Below are positions 49,195 to 59,414 of a stretch of DNA of 64,000 nt, in pieces (the stretch's first letter is position 1; every line of letters starts with the position of its first letter). The notes under the pieces were generated by a model, which saw only the letters and a list, made by a program, of their open reading frames with translations, was not told the origin of the DNA and searched no databases. The stretch is from the NCBI GenBank assembly GCA_049363815.1, contig JBMQEM010000208.1:23919-87918 (forward strand). Reading direction: 5' to 3'. A program made the position numbers and the translations under genes. Origin of the DNA: Bacteroidota bacterium (GTDB lineage: Bacteria > Bacteroidota > Bacteroidia > AKYH767-A > 2013-40CM-41-45).

Positions 49195-49686
49195 TCATTT
49201 TCCATTTTCATGAAGAAAAACTTCGGAATTATCCGGGGTTTCAGCAAGTAATTCAGCATTAGATAAATGAAGCACCGGATGAATAAAATCCGGTAAGATC
49301 TCCACAAGTGGCACCAATACAAAACGCCGGTCCTGTATTGAAGGATGTGGGATAGTGAGTCCGTGTTGATTGATTACCATATCACCAAAGTAAAGTATAT
49401 CGAGATCGATCAGACGTGGCGCCCATTTTACAGTCCGTACCCTGCCCATTTCTTTTTCAATGTCAAGCAACTCTTCTAAAAGTTTCCCCGGACTTAACAT
49501 TGTATTAACTACGATAACTTTATTGAGAAAATCGTCCTGTTCAGTATTTCCCCATGGAGCAGTCATGTAGGTTTCCGATTCACATTCTATCTTTCCGATA
49601 CGTTCAATGATGTTCTTCCGTGCTATTCCCAGATTCCTGATCTTATCATTCAGATTTGTCCCTAAAAGTAATACCGCCTCCATCAT
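49195..49686 (-). CDS. folK: 2-amino-4-hydroxy-6-hydroxymethyldihydropteridine pyrophosphokinase (HPPK)
   Basis: 163 aa. GNTEQDDFLN...RWAPRLIDLDILYFGD...IPHP motifs of HPPK. Confidence 0.85.
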   Translation of the reverse strand: MMEAVLLLGTNLNDKIRNLGIARKNIIERIGKIECESETYMTAPWGNTEQDDFLNKVIVVNTMLSPGKLLEELLDIEKEMGRVRTVKWAPRLIDLDILYFGDMVINQHGLTIPHPSIQDRRFVLVPLVEILPDFIHPVLHLSNAELLAETPDNSEVFLHENGK

Positions 49687-49763
49687 TATTTTTTTTCAAA
49701 CCTACTTCAAATCTTATGAAAGACAAAGCAATTAATTTAACTTTGCGCTTCTAACTAAAGTAT

Positions 49764-51533
49764 ATGAAACAGTTCTTCAAATTCATGCTGGCTTCGATCG
49801 CCGGCTTCTTTATCTCCGGATTCCTGATCATCATTTTCCTCATTACAATTATCAGTAGTATGATCGGCGGGATGAGTGAAAATGAAAAAGTGAAAATCAA
49901 AGAGCACTCTGTTCTGCAGATCAACCTTGACGGAAACATCAGGGAGAGAACTTCGAAAAACCCGATTGAAGACATAGGTCTTTCCGGAATTTCAATCAAC
50001 AAAGGAATAGGTCTTGATGACATCCTAAGAAGTATCAAGGAAGCAAAAACAGACCCGAAGATCGATGGTTTGTTCATAAACTTAAATTCCTTACAAGCAG
50101 GTATAGCTACTGTTGAAGAGATCAGAAATGCAATTCTCGATTTTAAATCATCAAAGAAATTCATATATGCGTACAGCGAAAGTTATTCGCAAGGTGAATA
50201 TTATCTGGCATCACTTGCAGATAAAGTCTACCTGTATCCCGAAGGCGATATTGATTTCAGAGGATTCCGCGCAGAACTAATGTTCCTTAAAGGAACTCTA
50301 GAAAAATTGGAATTGCAGCCGGAAGTTATCCGACATGGAAAATTTAAAAGCGCGGTCGAACCTTTCATACTTGACAAAATGAGTCCTGAGAACCGTCAGC
50401 AGAGTCAGGCATTTATTTCCAGTCTATGGAATCAATTTGTAAAAGACATTGCAGAATCAAGAAAACTTTCCGTTCAGGAAGTTCAGAATGTAGCTGACAA
50501 TCTGGGAACAAGAAGCGGACAGGAAGCTCTGGATGCTAAATTCGTTGATCAGTTATCTTATTATGACGAAGTGCTGGATGAACTGAAAAAGAAAACCAAT
50601 CTTGACAGTAATGAAAAAGTAAAATTTGTTGATCTGAAAAAATACTCACAATCGCTTCCTGCCATAAAAGAATTCTCTGCTAAAAAAATTGCAGTTGTTT
50701 ATGCAACCGGTGAAATCGTCAGTGGTAAAGGTGGAGAAGATCAGATGGGATCAGACAAAGTTGCTGAAGCGATTAGAAAAGCAAGACTGGATACGACGAT
50801 CAAAGCAATTGTCCTGCGGGTGAATTCACCGGGCGGAAGTGCGCTTGCATCGGATGTGATCTGGAGAGAAACCATTCTTGCAAAAAAAGCAAAACCTTTC
50901 GTAGTTTCAATGGGAGATTATGCTGCATCAGGCGGATATTACATTGCATGCGCAGCAGATAAGATCGTTGCTCAACCAACAACCATTACAGGTTCTATTG
51001 GAGTGTTCGGACTTTTATTCAATGCACAAAAAATGTTCAACAACAAACTGGGTGTAACGTTCGACTCGGTACGAACAGGGAAACATTCAACCATTGGAAG
51101 TGTATTTTTCCCTATGACAACAGAAGAACGGGCGATAATACAGGAAAGTGTGGAGAAGATCTATGATACGTTTATCACGCATGTTTCTGAAGGAAGAAAA
51201 ATGGATAAAGCATCCGTTGACAGTATAGGACAAGGTCGTGTATGGAGCGGAACCGATGCAAAAACTCTTGGTCTGGTTGACGAGATCGGAGGACTGGATG
51301 CAGCAATTGAAATTGCAGCGAAGCTTGCAAAACTTGATAAACACAGAACGATCTCTTTGCCGGAACAAAAGGATTTCATGAAACAACTAATGGAAGATCT
51401 TGGTGAAGAAGCGAAGATCTCAGCTTTTAAGAATGAACTAGGTACTGCCTATTCTTATTATAAAGAAGCAGAAGCAGTTGTAAATATGCAAGGTGTTCAG
51501 GCCAGACTGCCTTTTTCCATAACGATTCGCTGA
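49764..51533 (+). CDS. sppA: Signal peptide peptidase SppA (67K, two-domain type)
   Basis: 589 aa. N-terminal TM anchor. Duplicated ClpP/crotonase-like S49 domains (VLRVNSPGGSALASD...GDYAASGGYYIA). Confidence 0.85.
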   Translation: MKQFFKFMLASIAGFFISGFLIIIFLITIISSMIGGMSENEKVKIKEHSVLQINLDGNIRERTSKNPIEDIGLSGISINKGIGLDDILRSIKEAKTDPKIDGLFINLNSLQAGIATVEEIRNAILDFKSSKKFIYAYSESYSQGEYYLASLADKVYLYPEGDIDFRGFRAELMFLKGTLEKLELQPEVIRHGKFKSAVEPFILDKMSPENRQQSQAFISSLWNQFVKDIAESRKLSVQEVQNVADNLGTRSGQEALDAKFVDQLSYYDEVLDELKKKTNLDSNEKVKFVDLKKYSQSLPAIKEFSAKKIAVVYATGEIVSGKGGEDQMGSDKVAEAIRKARLDTTIKAIVLRVNSPGGSALASDVIWRETILAKKAKPFVVSMGDYAASGGYYIACAADKIVAQPTTITGSIGVFGLLFNAQKMFNNKLGVTFDSVRTGKHSTIGSVFFPMTTEERAIIQESVEKIYDTFITHVSEGRKMDKASVDSIGQGRVWSGTDAKTLGLVDEIGGLDAAIEIAAKLAKLDKHRTISLPEQKDFMKQLMEDLGEEAKISAFKNELGTAYSYYKEAEAVVNMQGVQARLPFSITIR

Positions 51534-51540
51534 TAGCCTG

Positions 51541-53256
51541 ATGACTATTACCAACCGTCAGATCGCAAAGGCTTTTCGGCTGGCATCGCAGTTAATGGAA
51601 CTCCACTCGGAGAATCCATTTAAAATTCGTTCAATGCAAAATGCTGCATTCAAGATTGAAAAATTGAGTGCACCTCTTTCTTCAATGGATGAAATTGAAA
51701 TGGCATCCATTGAAGGAATCGGAAAGGGATTACAGGCAAAGATCTCAGACTATCTTAAAAGACAAAGTTTTGCTGATCTTGATGAACTGGTTTCGAAAAC
51801 ACCTGCAGGAGTTATCGAAATGCTAGGCATAAAAGGTATCGGACCAAAAAAAGTTTTACAGCTCTGGAAAGAGATGGAGATCGAATCGGTTGGAGAATTA
51901 CTTTATGCTTGCAATGAAAACAGATTGATAACACAGAAAGGTTTTGGAGAAAAAACTCAAAAACTGATCAGGGATTCCATTGAATTCAGGATTTCAAATG
52001 CAAAAAACTGTTTATATCCGATTGCAGAATTTGTTTCTGAAGAAATTATTAAAGAATATAAAATTACTTTACCGAAGGCAGAACTTCTAATTTCAGGACA
52101 AACCAGAAGAAAATGTGAGATCATTACTTCCATTGAGTTCGTAACGGATGCAAATGAAAATGAATTTCAAAAGTTTGTTTCAGCATCTGAACTTTTCAAA
52201 GAACAACTTCCGGTAATTAGTGCAGATACAAAAAGCGGAATCAATGTCCGTACTGCAACATTGGTCTTTCAGGAAACTATTCCTGTTATTTTTTATTTAT
52301 GCTCGGAAGAACTACTTCAGAATGTACTTTTTATTACCAGCGCTTCCGGATCGCATTTAGAAAAACTAGAAAGCGATTATCAGGTTGATCTGATAAAAAC
52401 ATATTATTCCGAAGAGGAAATTTACGAATCAGCCGGACTCCCCTATTTTATTCCTGAGCTACGCGAAGGAGTAGTTGAATTCGAGCTCCTGAATAAAAGT
52501 GATTTCGAAGATCTGATTGAAGAAAAGGACCTGAAAGGTATTTTACATAATCATTCAACTTACAGTGATGGAAATGATACCTTGAAGGACATGGCTCTTT
52601 ACTGCAAGGAACTCGGCTATGAGTATCTGGGAATCTGTGATCACAGTAAGAGTGCTTTTTATGCCAATGGTCTGAGCGAAGAGAAGATCATTTTACAACA
52701 TCAGGAAATTGATAAGTTGAATAAAACACTTGCTCCTTTCAGGATCTTGAAAGGAATTGAATCTGATATTTTATCCAGCGGAGAACTTGATTATACAAAT
52801 GATGTACTGAATTCATTTGATTTTGTTGTTGCCTCTGTTCACTCTAATTTAAGAATGGATGAAGCAAAAGCAACAGCAAGGCTGATCAAGGCAATTGAAA
52901 ATCCGTATACGACCATTCTGGGGCATCCGACCGGCCGACTGCTTTTATCACGTCCCGGTTACCCGATCGATCACAAGAAAATAATTGATGCCTGTGCTGC
53001 GAACAATGTTATTATCGAATTGAATGCAAATCCTTACCGCCTTGACATTGACTGGAGATGGATCCCGTATGCGCTAGAAAAAAATGTAATGATCTCAATC
53101 AATCCGGATGCACACCGGAAAGAGGGTTATCATGATATGCATTTCGGAGTTGGTGTTGCGCGTAAAGGTGGGTTGACCAGGAAGATGACTTTTAATACTC
53201 TTTCGCTTGTTGAAGTTGTGGGTAACTTCGATAGAAAAAAGGGAGTTAAGGTTTAA
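51541..53256 (+). CDS. polX: Family X DNA polymerase with C-terminal PHP (histidinol-phosphatase-type) 3'-5' exonuclease domain
   Basis: 571 aa. N-terminal HhH/PolX region (GIGKGLQAKI, GIGPKKV). C-terminal PHP motifs HNHSTYSDGN...GICDHS...VASVHS. Confidence 0.8.
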   Translation: MTITNRQIAKAFRLASQLMELHSENPFKIRSMQNAAFKIEKLSAPLSSMDEIEMASIEGIGKGLQAKISDYLKRQSFADLDELVSKTPAGVIEMLGIKGIGPKKVLQLWKEMEIESVGELLYACNENRLITQKGFGEKTQKLIRDSIEFRISNAKNCLYPIAEFVSEEIIKEYKITLPKAELLISGQTRRKCEIITSIEFVTDANENEFQKFVSASELFKEQLPVISADTKSGINVRTATLVFQETIPVIFYLCSEELLQNVLFITSASGSHLEKLESDYQVDLIKTYYSEEEIYESAGLPYFIPELREGVVEFELLNKSDFEDLIEEKDLKGILHNHSTYSDGNDTLKDMALYCKELGYEYLGICDHSKSAFYANGLSEEKIILQHQEIDKLNKTLAPFRILKGIESDILSSGELDYTNDVLNSFDFVVASVHSNLRMDEAKATARLIKAIENPYTTILGHPTGRLLLSRPGYPIDHKKIIDACAANNVIIELNANPYRLDIDWRWIPYALEKNVMISINPDAHRKEGYHDMHFGVGVARKGGLTRKMTFNTLSLVEVVGNFDRKKGVKV

Positions 53257-53302
53257 GGGGGTAGTTGTTGCCAATACTGTAAACCGAAAAACTTCCACAA
53301 AC

Positions 53303-53662
53303 TTACAAACCCTTCGATGCCGGATTCTCTGTTTTTGATTGCGTCAAAGGAGGACCATCAGCCGCTGCATTTTGTTGATTGTATTCGTTCTGTGCCGATG
53401 ATTCATTCTCAGGCTTAGCAGTGATGTTCTCAGGTTTTTTTGCGGGAGCAGGAGTATCACTTGCTGCATTCCTGACTTCATTTTCGATTCCTGACATTGC
53501 ATCTTTAAATTCACGCATCCCTTTTCCAAGACCTTTTGCAAGGTCAGGGATTCTTTTTGAACCAAAGAAAAGAAGAACCACTAAGAGGATCACAAATATT
53601 TCGCCTCCGCCAAGATTCAGGAAAAGTAATTTTGAAAGTATCATTTTCTGATTTTTGTACAA
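53303..53662 (-). CDS. tatA: Twin-arginine translocase subunit TatA/E
   Basis: TM helix plus amphipathic helix ([38 protein letters not shown]). Likely start at Met 53644. Acidic/Pro-rich tail. Confidence 0.85.
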   Translation of the reverse strand: MYKNQKMILSKLLFLNLGGGEIFVILLVVLLFFGSKRIPDLAKGLGKGMREFKDAMSGIENEVRNAASDTPAPAKKPENITAKPENESSAQNEYNQQNAAADGPPLTQSKTENPASKGL

Positions 53663-53742
53663 ATGTAAGGTCTTTTTTTACTCAAATGATGAAGTAAGGG
53701 TTATGATTTATCTTACTTTTGTTTTTCACACAAAATCACAGA

Positions 53743-55134
53743 ATGATGAAATATTTTACTCCGCTTCTGCTTCTGTTCAGTCTTTACTCTTCTGCACAGA
53801 ATGCTAATTGGGGAACGGGTCTGGCTATAACTGTAACCCCGCACACAACAGATATTGACATCAGTGTTTTTGATCCTGTTCTGAATGCTAACGTAGTTGA
53901 GAATATAAATGCAGGAAATGGATTAATATACAGTAATTCAGACGGAGTGGTGGTTGCATATGGAAGTTATAATTATATGGAATATGCAACTTATGACTGG
54001 GACTTACATTCCTGGAGAAAAGGATCGTTATATCTCGGATCTGCAAATGCAAAGATCCTGACTGCTGACGGAATTGTAGCAGGATACGGAAGCGGAAATT
54101 ACCTTACTTATGCTATCTATGATGTGAATTTGGATTCATGGAAAACAGGTACTCAATATCTTGGTACTTTAAATGACACCATTGCGCTGGCCGATGGCAT
54201 AGTTTCCGGTTACGGAAGCGGCAATTACCTTGAGTATGCAACTTATGACGCTCAACTGCAATCTTGGAAAACCGGCTCCCAATACTTGGGTACAAGCAAT
54301 GCCATGATAGCAAATGCAGATGGTGTTGTTATTGGTTACGGCAGTGCAAATTATCTTGTTTATGCTACGTACGATATCGAACTGCAAAGCTGGAAAGAAG
54401 GTAACGTCTATATCGGTTCATCGGATATTAGTATTGGTACAGCTGACGGAATTGTTGCCGGCTATGGCAGTACAAATTCTCTGGAATGTGCCGTCTACGA
54501 TTTCGACCAGAGCTCCTGGAAGACCAGTTCCGATTATATAGGAAATACAGGTAGCTTTACTTTAAGTTCCGGAACGATAACTTACAGCGGCTCTTCTTCT
54601 TCGGGAATAAAAGGTTATTCGGGATCAGGAAACTGGAATTCGGCGACAACTACGCCCAGATGTAAACTTCTTCCTTATGGAGTTACAAATTCTTCTTGGG
54701 TGAGGATGCAATGTATGTCATATGGAGGCGGTTCATTTAATTATTCTTGTGGTGATGGTCATCAGATCTACCGCAAAGCGGGATGGAAAAAATACAATTT
54801 GAGTAATTCTTATAATGTTGACCTTAATGTAGCGAATGGCATTTTGAATTCTGCCTGCAATGCATTGGTAGATATTACTCCGGGAATTGATGAAAACAGT
54901 GCAGGTGCATTCAGTATTTTTCCGAATCCATCTTCCGGGAAGGTACAGTTGAAATTTTCATCCGCAGAAACCGGAGAATTGTATGTTATAAATTCAATTG
55001 GAAAAATTGTCTTCAGGCATTCATTGAATAATGAAGAAAATATCGATCTCAATTTGAAACTGAACGGAATTTACTTCATCCGTTTTTCCGGAAATGACAG
55101 ATCCTATTCACAAAAAATTGAAATAGTAAATTGA
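53743..55134 (+). CDS. Secreted tandem-repeat protein (five 41-aa YGSGNYL..YA.YD..L.SWK.G..YLG repeats) with T9SS C-terminal sorting domain
   Basis: ORF opens at 53719. The signal peptide MMKYFTPLLLLFSLYSSAQ starts at 53743. Five consecutive 123-nt coding repeats span 53941..54555. C-terminal Por CTD (FSIFPNPSSGKVQLKF...KIEIVN). Confidence 0.55.
   Translation: MMKYFTPLLLLFSLYSSAQNANWGTGLAITVTPHTTDIDISVFDPVLNANVVENINAGNGLIYSNSDGVVVAYGSYNYMEYATYDWDLHSWRKGSLYLGSANAKILTADGIVAGYGSGNYLTYAIYDVNLDSWKTGTQYLGTLNDTIALADGIVSGYGSGNYLEYATYDAQLQSWKTGSQYLGTSNAMIANADGVVIGYGSANYLVYATYDIELQSWKEGNVYIGSSDISIGTADGIVAGYGSTNSLECAVYDFDQSSWKTSSDYIGNTGSFTLSSGTITYSGSSSSGIKGYSGSGNWNSATTTPRCKLLPYGVTNSSWVRMQCMSYGGGSFNYSCGDGHQIYRKAGWKKYNLSNSYNVDLNVANGILNSACNALVDITPGIDENSAGAFSIFPNPSSGKVQLKFSSAETGELYVINSIGKIVFRHSLNNEENIDLNLKLNGIYFIRFSGNDRSYSQKIEIVN
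53941..54555 (+). repeat. Five tandem 123-bp intragenic coding repeats (41-aa unit)
   Basis: Repeat units identified at protein level (DG.V.GYGS.NYL.YA.YD..L.SWK.G..Y.G......A). DNA copies are diverged (roughly 60-75% identical by eye). Confidence 0.6.
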
Positions 55135-55153
55135 ACTTTCAGATTCAAGACCT

Positions 55154-55633
55154 ATGGAAACAACTTTGATCATCATTTCCATTTTACTTTGTATTGTTGG
55201 CTTTATCGGGAGTATTGTTCCGGGATTGCCGGGGCATCCATTAAATTATCTCGCCTTGTGGTGCTTACAATGGGCAATACATCCATTCACAACTATTACC
55301 CTTATCGTATTCGGAATTCTGACTGTACTCGTTCTTGTGCTGGATTATTTGATCCCTGTCTGGACAGGTAAAAAATTTGGTGCGACCCGTCAGGGAATTA
55401 TCGGAAGTATGATAGGAATGGTAGCAGGAATCATCTTCACTCCTATTGGTATGTTACTTGGTACTTTTCTGGGGGCGATCATTGGTGATATGGTTGCAGG
55501 GAGAACAACTTCTCAGGCTACACGTTCCGGTATTGCAACTTTTATGGGAACAGTTATCAGCATTGGATTTAAAGTAGCCTTAAGCGGGATCATGACCTTT
55601 ATGATCATTTACAAACTGATCATACAGGCATAG
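55154..55633 (+). CDS. DUF456-family small membrane protein
   Basis: 159 aa, four TM helices. Gly-rich helices (GSMIGMVAGIIFTPIGMLLGTFLGAIIGDMVAG). Confidence 0.55.
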   Translation: METTLIIISILLCIVGFIGSIVPGLPGHPLNYLALWCLQWAIHPFTTITLIVFGILTVLVLVLDYLIPVWTGKKFGATRQGIIGSMIGMVAGIIFTPIGMLLGTFLGAIIGDMVAGRTTSQATRSGIATFMGTVISIGFKVALSGIMTFMIIYKLIIQA

Positions 55634-55636
55634 ATT

Positions 55637-56344
55637 TCAGAACATCATTCCAAATGAAATGGCAAGGTCAAATGAAAGTTTACTGAATCTTATTGATTCA
55701 CCATTTTCCCTGAAAACTATATTCTTTAAAACAGGATTCGGATCACCCAACACATACTGAGCTCCTATCGTGATGTCATAGGTGAGATCATTTAGAGCGC
55801 CGGTATCAAGATAACCTCTTGCACCAAAATGAAGTGCAATTGGATACAAGATATCTACCTGTTCGAGTTTGCCGAGTATTGACATATCAGCAGCTTCGGG
55901 TCCATAACCGTAAACAAAACTCTGAACATCTAAAATACTTCTCATGTGATAGTATCCGATGGATTCCTCAATGAAATAACCATCATCTCTTATAGAGCTA
56001 AAAAAGAAGCGTGAAGAATAATAAAAGCCATACCAGCTGATGTCTCTGAAAAAATCCACTTTTGCAGTTTCTATTACTCCATTCTGATTGACCACTTCTA
56101 GATTGAATGTAGCAGTATTATCAAACTCAGGATCATGATTGGGAAGAAAACCATAGTAGGACCTGTAATTTAATCCGATCGTAATTTTTTCTCCTAATTC
56201 ATGGTGATAACCAAGCCCCCAAGTCAAGTACCGTTTATATCTTGCACCAATACCATCGAATCCCAGATATTCAACTTTAACATCCTGTGCAAATGAAGTA
56301 TTGAAAATAAATAATGAAACGATCAACAGTAATTTTTTCTTCAT
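55637..56344 (-). CDS. Hypothetical outer-membrane beta-barrel protein
   Basis: Signal peptide MKKKLLLIVSLFIFNTSFAQ (the ORF opens 12 nt earlier at 56356). Amphipathic beta-strand pattern. C-terminal aromatic residue. Confidence 0.45.
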   Translation of the reverse strand: MKKKLLLIVSLFIFNTSFAQDVKVEYLGFDGIGARYKRYLTWGLGYHHELGEKITIGLNYRSYYGFLPNHDPEFDNTATFNLEVVNQNGVIETAKVDFFRDISWYGFYYSSRFFFSSIRDDGYFIEESIGYYHMRSILDVQSFVYGYGPEAADMSILGKLEQVDILYPIALHFGARGYLDTGALNDLTYDITIGAQYVLGDPNPVLKNIVFRENGESIRFSKLSFDLAISFGMMF

Positions 56345-56361
56345 TTTTAAATGCAATTAAA

Positions 56362-56390
56362 AAGCCCGGACGAAGCCGGGCTTTTTGATA
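56362..56390 (-). terminator. secDF terminator (AAAGCCCGGACGAAGCCGGGCTTTTT, symmetric hairpin flanked by A/T runs)
   Basis: 8-bp GC-rich stem. Sits 19 nt after the secDF stop. T-run on both strands. Confidence 0.75.
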
Positions 56391-56408
56391 ATTATTTTTT
56401 TTCAAATT

Positions 56409-59400
56409 TTATTTACCGCCAAGATCTTTCTTCGCAAGATCCACTACAACCGGTGTAGCGATACAGATAGAAGAGTAAGTTCCGATTACGATACCGATCA
56501 ATAAGGCAAACGTAAATCCTCGGATCACTTCACCACCAAAAATAAAGATGGCAAGGAGTACGAAAAAGATGGTTAACGACGTATTGATCGTACGGCTTAA
56601 TGTAGAGTTAAGGGCGTCATTGATCACTTTTTTCTGATCATGAGCATGGTGATGGATTCCGACGAATTCACGAATACGGTCAAATACAACCACCGTATCA
56701 GTCATAGAATATCCCATTACTGTGAGGATTGCAGCAATGAAAGCCTGATCGATCTCCAGAGAGAAAGGTAAAATTCCATTAAAGATCGCATAAATAGAAA
56801 GCACGATCAATACATCATGTAGCAAGGCAATTACGGCACCAAGTCCAAATTGCCAGCGGCGGAACCGAATGAATATGTAAAGGAACATCATACCGCAAGA
56901 GATCAAAATTGCCCAGACTGCAGATGATTTAATATCGTCAGCAATAGTTGGTCCTACTTTCTGAGAACTTAAAATCTTATAGCCTGTTTCTCCCTGAATT
57001 GTTTTCAATCCAGAATTTAAAAGATCGCTGACTTTCACTTCAGCTTCCGGCGACTGGTCTTCGATCAAATGACTTGTAGTGATCTTTACCTGATTATTGC
57101 CACCGAATGTTTTCACTTCAGGAGATTTAGTCAGAGGGCCTTTTAATGCATCAATCACCTCAACTGTTTCAACACTCTTTTCAAAACGAACTATGTAAGT
57201 ACGACCTCCTTCAAAGTCAACACCGAAGTTGAGTCCCTTCATAAAGAAAGCAGCCAGACCAATAGCGATGATAATTCCTGAGATCATGTAATATGACTTA
57301 CGTTTTTCAACGAAGTTGATATGAATGTTCTTGAACATTCCTTTTGTAGTCTTGTTCCAGAATCTGATCTCTTTGTTCTTAGCAAACATCCAGTCAAAGA
57401 TCAGACGAGTGATAAAGATTGCACAGAACAATGAAGTAAGGATACCGATGATCAAAGTAGTTGCAAAACCCTGGATCGGACCTGAACCGAATATGTAAAG
57501 GATGATACCCAGGATCAATGTTGTTACGTTCGAGTCAATGATCGATGAATAGGCATGCTTGAAACCGTCGCTTACAGCAAGACGCATTCCTTTTCCAAGT
57601 GTTAACTCTTCACGTACACGTTCAAAGATCAGGATGTTCGCATCTACAGACATACCAATGGTAAGTACGATACCTGCAATTCCCGGAAGCGTTAAGACGG
57701 CCCCTAGTGATGCAAGGATACCCATTACAAAGAACACGTTTGCGAAAAGTGCAATGTCAGCAACAAGACCGGCATTGTTATAATAGGCAACCATGAACAC
57801 AAGTACAAGAAGTAAGGCGATCACGAATGACAATAAACCTGAACTGATCGCTTCATTACCTAATGTTGGTCCTACAACTGTATCTTCAACGATACGTGCA
57901 GGAGCAGGAAGTTTACCAACTTTAAGAATGTTAGCAAGATCTTCCGCTTCATCAAGAGTAAACTGACCGGTGATACTTGAGTTACCACCTGCGATCTCCT
58001 GAATTACATTCGGATAAGAGTAAACATAATCATCAAGTACAACAGCAATTGATTTCTCAACGTTGTCATGCGTTAGACGTTTCCAGACACGGGCACCTTC
58101 AGCATTCATGCTCATTGAGATCTCCCAGTTGTCAGTGAACTGACCTTTTTGTTTACGGGCATCAACGATAGCTGCACCGTCAAGTGGAGCAAGGTGATCA
58201 CGCACCGGCATACGGATAGCGATCAATTGAACTACTTTTCCTTCTTTATCTATTGGCTTAACAGACCATAAAGCTTTGAATTCGCGAGGGAACTTCGAAC
58301 GCACAGCGTCCATTTTCAGGATCTCGTTTACACGTGAAGTATCTTTTGTAAGTGATGAACCGATAACCGGACCTTTACGAAGTTCCGTTTGATTCGCTTC
58401 ATTCTGCTGAATAGCCGGAGCTAATACAGCAAACAAAGGATTCTCTCTTGCGAAATCCTGGAATGATTTATCTGCTGCTGCTGAGGAATCAGTTTTTGAA
58501 GTATCACCATCTTTATTTCCTAACTGACTCATCAATGAAGATGTAGAATCTTTTGCAGAATCTGCAGCTGCAACCGGAGCTACTGCTGTTGAATCAGGAA
58601 GAACTGTAGTTGAATCTGTTGAAAGAGCAGTTACGGATGAATCTGACTTCGTAGTAACTTTCAACAAATTATTTATTTGTTCGAGAACAGGATAAATTTC
58701 TTTGTTATCATAAGTTTCCCAGAACTCAAGTTTAGCAGTTCCCTGAAGAAGTTTACGTACACGTTCCGGTTCTTTGATACCAGGTAACTCAACAAGGATA
58801 CGGTTGTTTCCTAATTTCTGAACGTTAGGCTGAGTGACACCGAATTTATCGATACGTGTTTTAAGGATCTGATAAGTACGGTCAAAAGCAGCATCAGCTT
58901 CTTTCTGGATCACCGCTTCAACTTCTGCATTCGTAGAATTAAAATTGATACGATCAGAAAGTTCCTTCGTACCAAAGATGGCAGCAAGTTTTGCATTCTG
59001 GTCTAACTTATTGAATTCTTTAACGAATAATTTTACGAAATTCTCTGAACTATTTGTCTGTGCTGCCAGAGCGTTATCTATCGCCTTATTAAAAGTTGCA
59101 TCAGTACTGAAGTTTGACATTGCACGGAGAAGGTCAACAAGGGAAACTTCCATTGTCACGTTCATCCCGCCTTTTAAGTCAAGTCCAAGATTGATTTCAT
59201 TGTCTTTACACTTCTTGTAAGTAAATCCTAAAAGAGGATAAACCGGTTGTGTGTTGATCGAGTCGATGTAAATCTTCTCTTTCGCCGGGTCGCCTGCTGC
59301 GAATTCTTTCGCATTCTTTTCGACATTTCTTGTAACAAGTGTAAAACTAAGTTGATAGAGGCAGACAAGTGCCAGCAGGATCGCAAATAGCTTTACTGCA

Positions 59401-59414
59401 CCTTTACTTTGCAT
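56409..59414 (-). CDS. secDF: Protein translocase subunit SecDF (fused SecD-SecF)
   Basis: 1001 aa. Two 6-TM bundles with large periplasmic domains. Conserved SecD/SecF TM motifs (GIAGIVLTIGMSVDANILIFERVREE; ...TVVVFDRIRE...). Confidence 0.9.
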   Translation of the reverse strand: MQSKGAVKLFAILLALVCLYQLSFTLVTRNVEKNAKEFAAGDPAKEKIYIDSINTQPVYPLLGFTYKKCKDNEINLGLDLKGGMNVTMEVSLVDLLRAMSNFSTDATFNKAIDNALAAQTNSSENFVKLFVKEFNKLDQNAKLAAIFGTKELSDRINFNSTNAEVEAVIQKEADAAFDRTYQILKTRIDKFGVTQPNVQKLGNNRILVELPGIKEPERVRKLLQGTAKLEFWETYDNKEIYPVLEQINNLLKVTTKSDSSVTALSTDSTTVLPDSTAVAPVAAADSAKDSTSSLMSQLGNKDGDTSKTDSSAAADKSFQDFARENPLFAVLAPAIQQNEANQTELRKGPVIGSSLTKDTSRVNEILKMDAVRSKFPREFKALWSVKPIDKEGKVVQLIAIRMPVRDHLAPLDGAAIVDARKQKGQFTDNWEISMSMNAEGARVWKRLTHDNVEKSIAVVLDDYVYSYPNVIQEIAGGNSSITGQFTLDEAEDLANILKVGKLPAPARIVEDTVVGPTLGNEAISSGLLSFVIALLLVLVFMVAYYNNAGLVADIALFANVFFVMGILASLGAVLTLPGIAGIVLTIGMSVDANILIFERVREELTLGKGMRLAVSDGFKHAYSSIIDSNVTTLILGIILYIFGSGPIQGFATTLIIGILTSLFCAIFITRLIFDWMFAKNKEIRFWNKTTKGMFKNIHINFVEKRKSYYMISGIIIAIGLAAFFMKGLNFGVDFEGGRTYIVRFEKSVETVEVIDALKGPLTKSPEVKTFGGNNQVKITTSHLIEDQSPEAEVKVSDLLNSGLKTIQGETGYKILSSQKVGPTIADDIKSSAVWAILISCGMMFLYIFIRFRRWQFGLGAVIALLHDVLIVLSIYAIFNGILPFSLEIDQAFIAAILTVMGYSMTDTVVVFDRIREFVGIHHHAHDQKKVINDALNSTLSRTINTSLTIFFVLLAIFIFGGEVIRGFTFALLIGIVIGTYSSICIATPVVVDLAKKDLGGK

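Noticed and set aside
49751-50164. 137-aa minus-strand ORF
   Set aside because: Antisense to the well-supported sppA N-terminus. Hydrophobic junk composition mirroring the sppA TM region.
53941-54555. Possibility that the 123-bp tandem repeats are a CRISPR-like or satellite array
   Set aside because: The repeats are in-frame coding units of a single ORF. There are no unique spacers. Copies are diverged. They are protein repeats.
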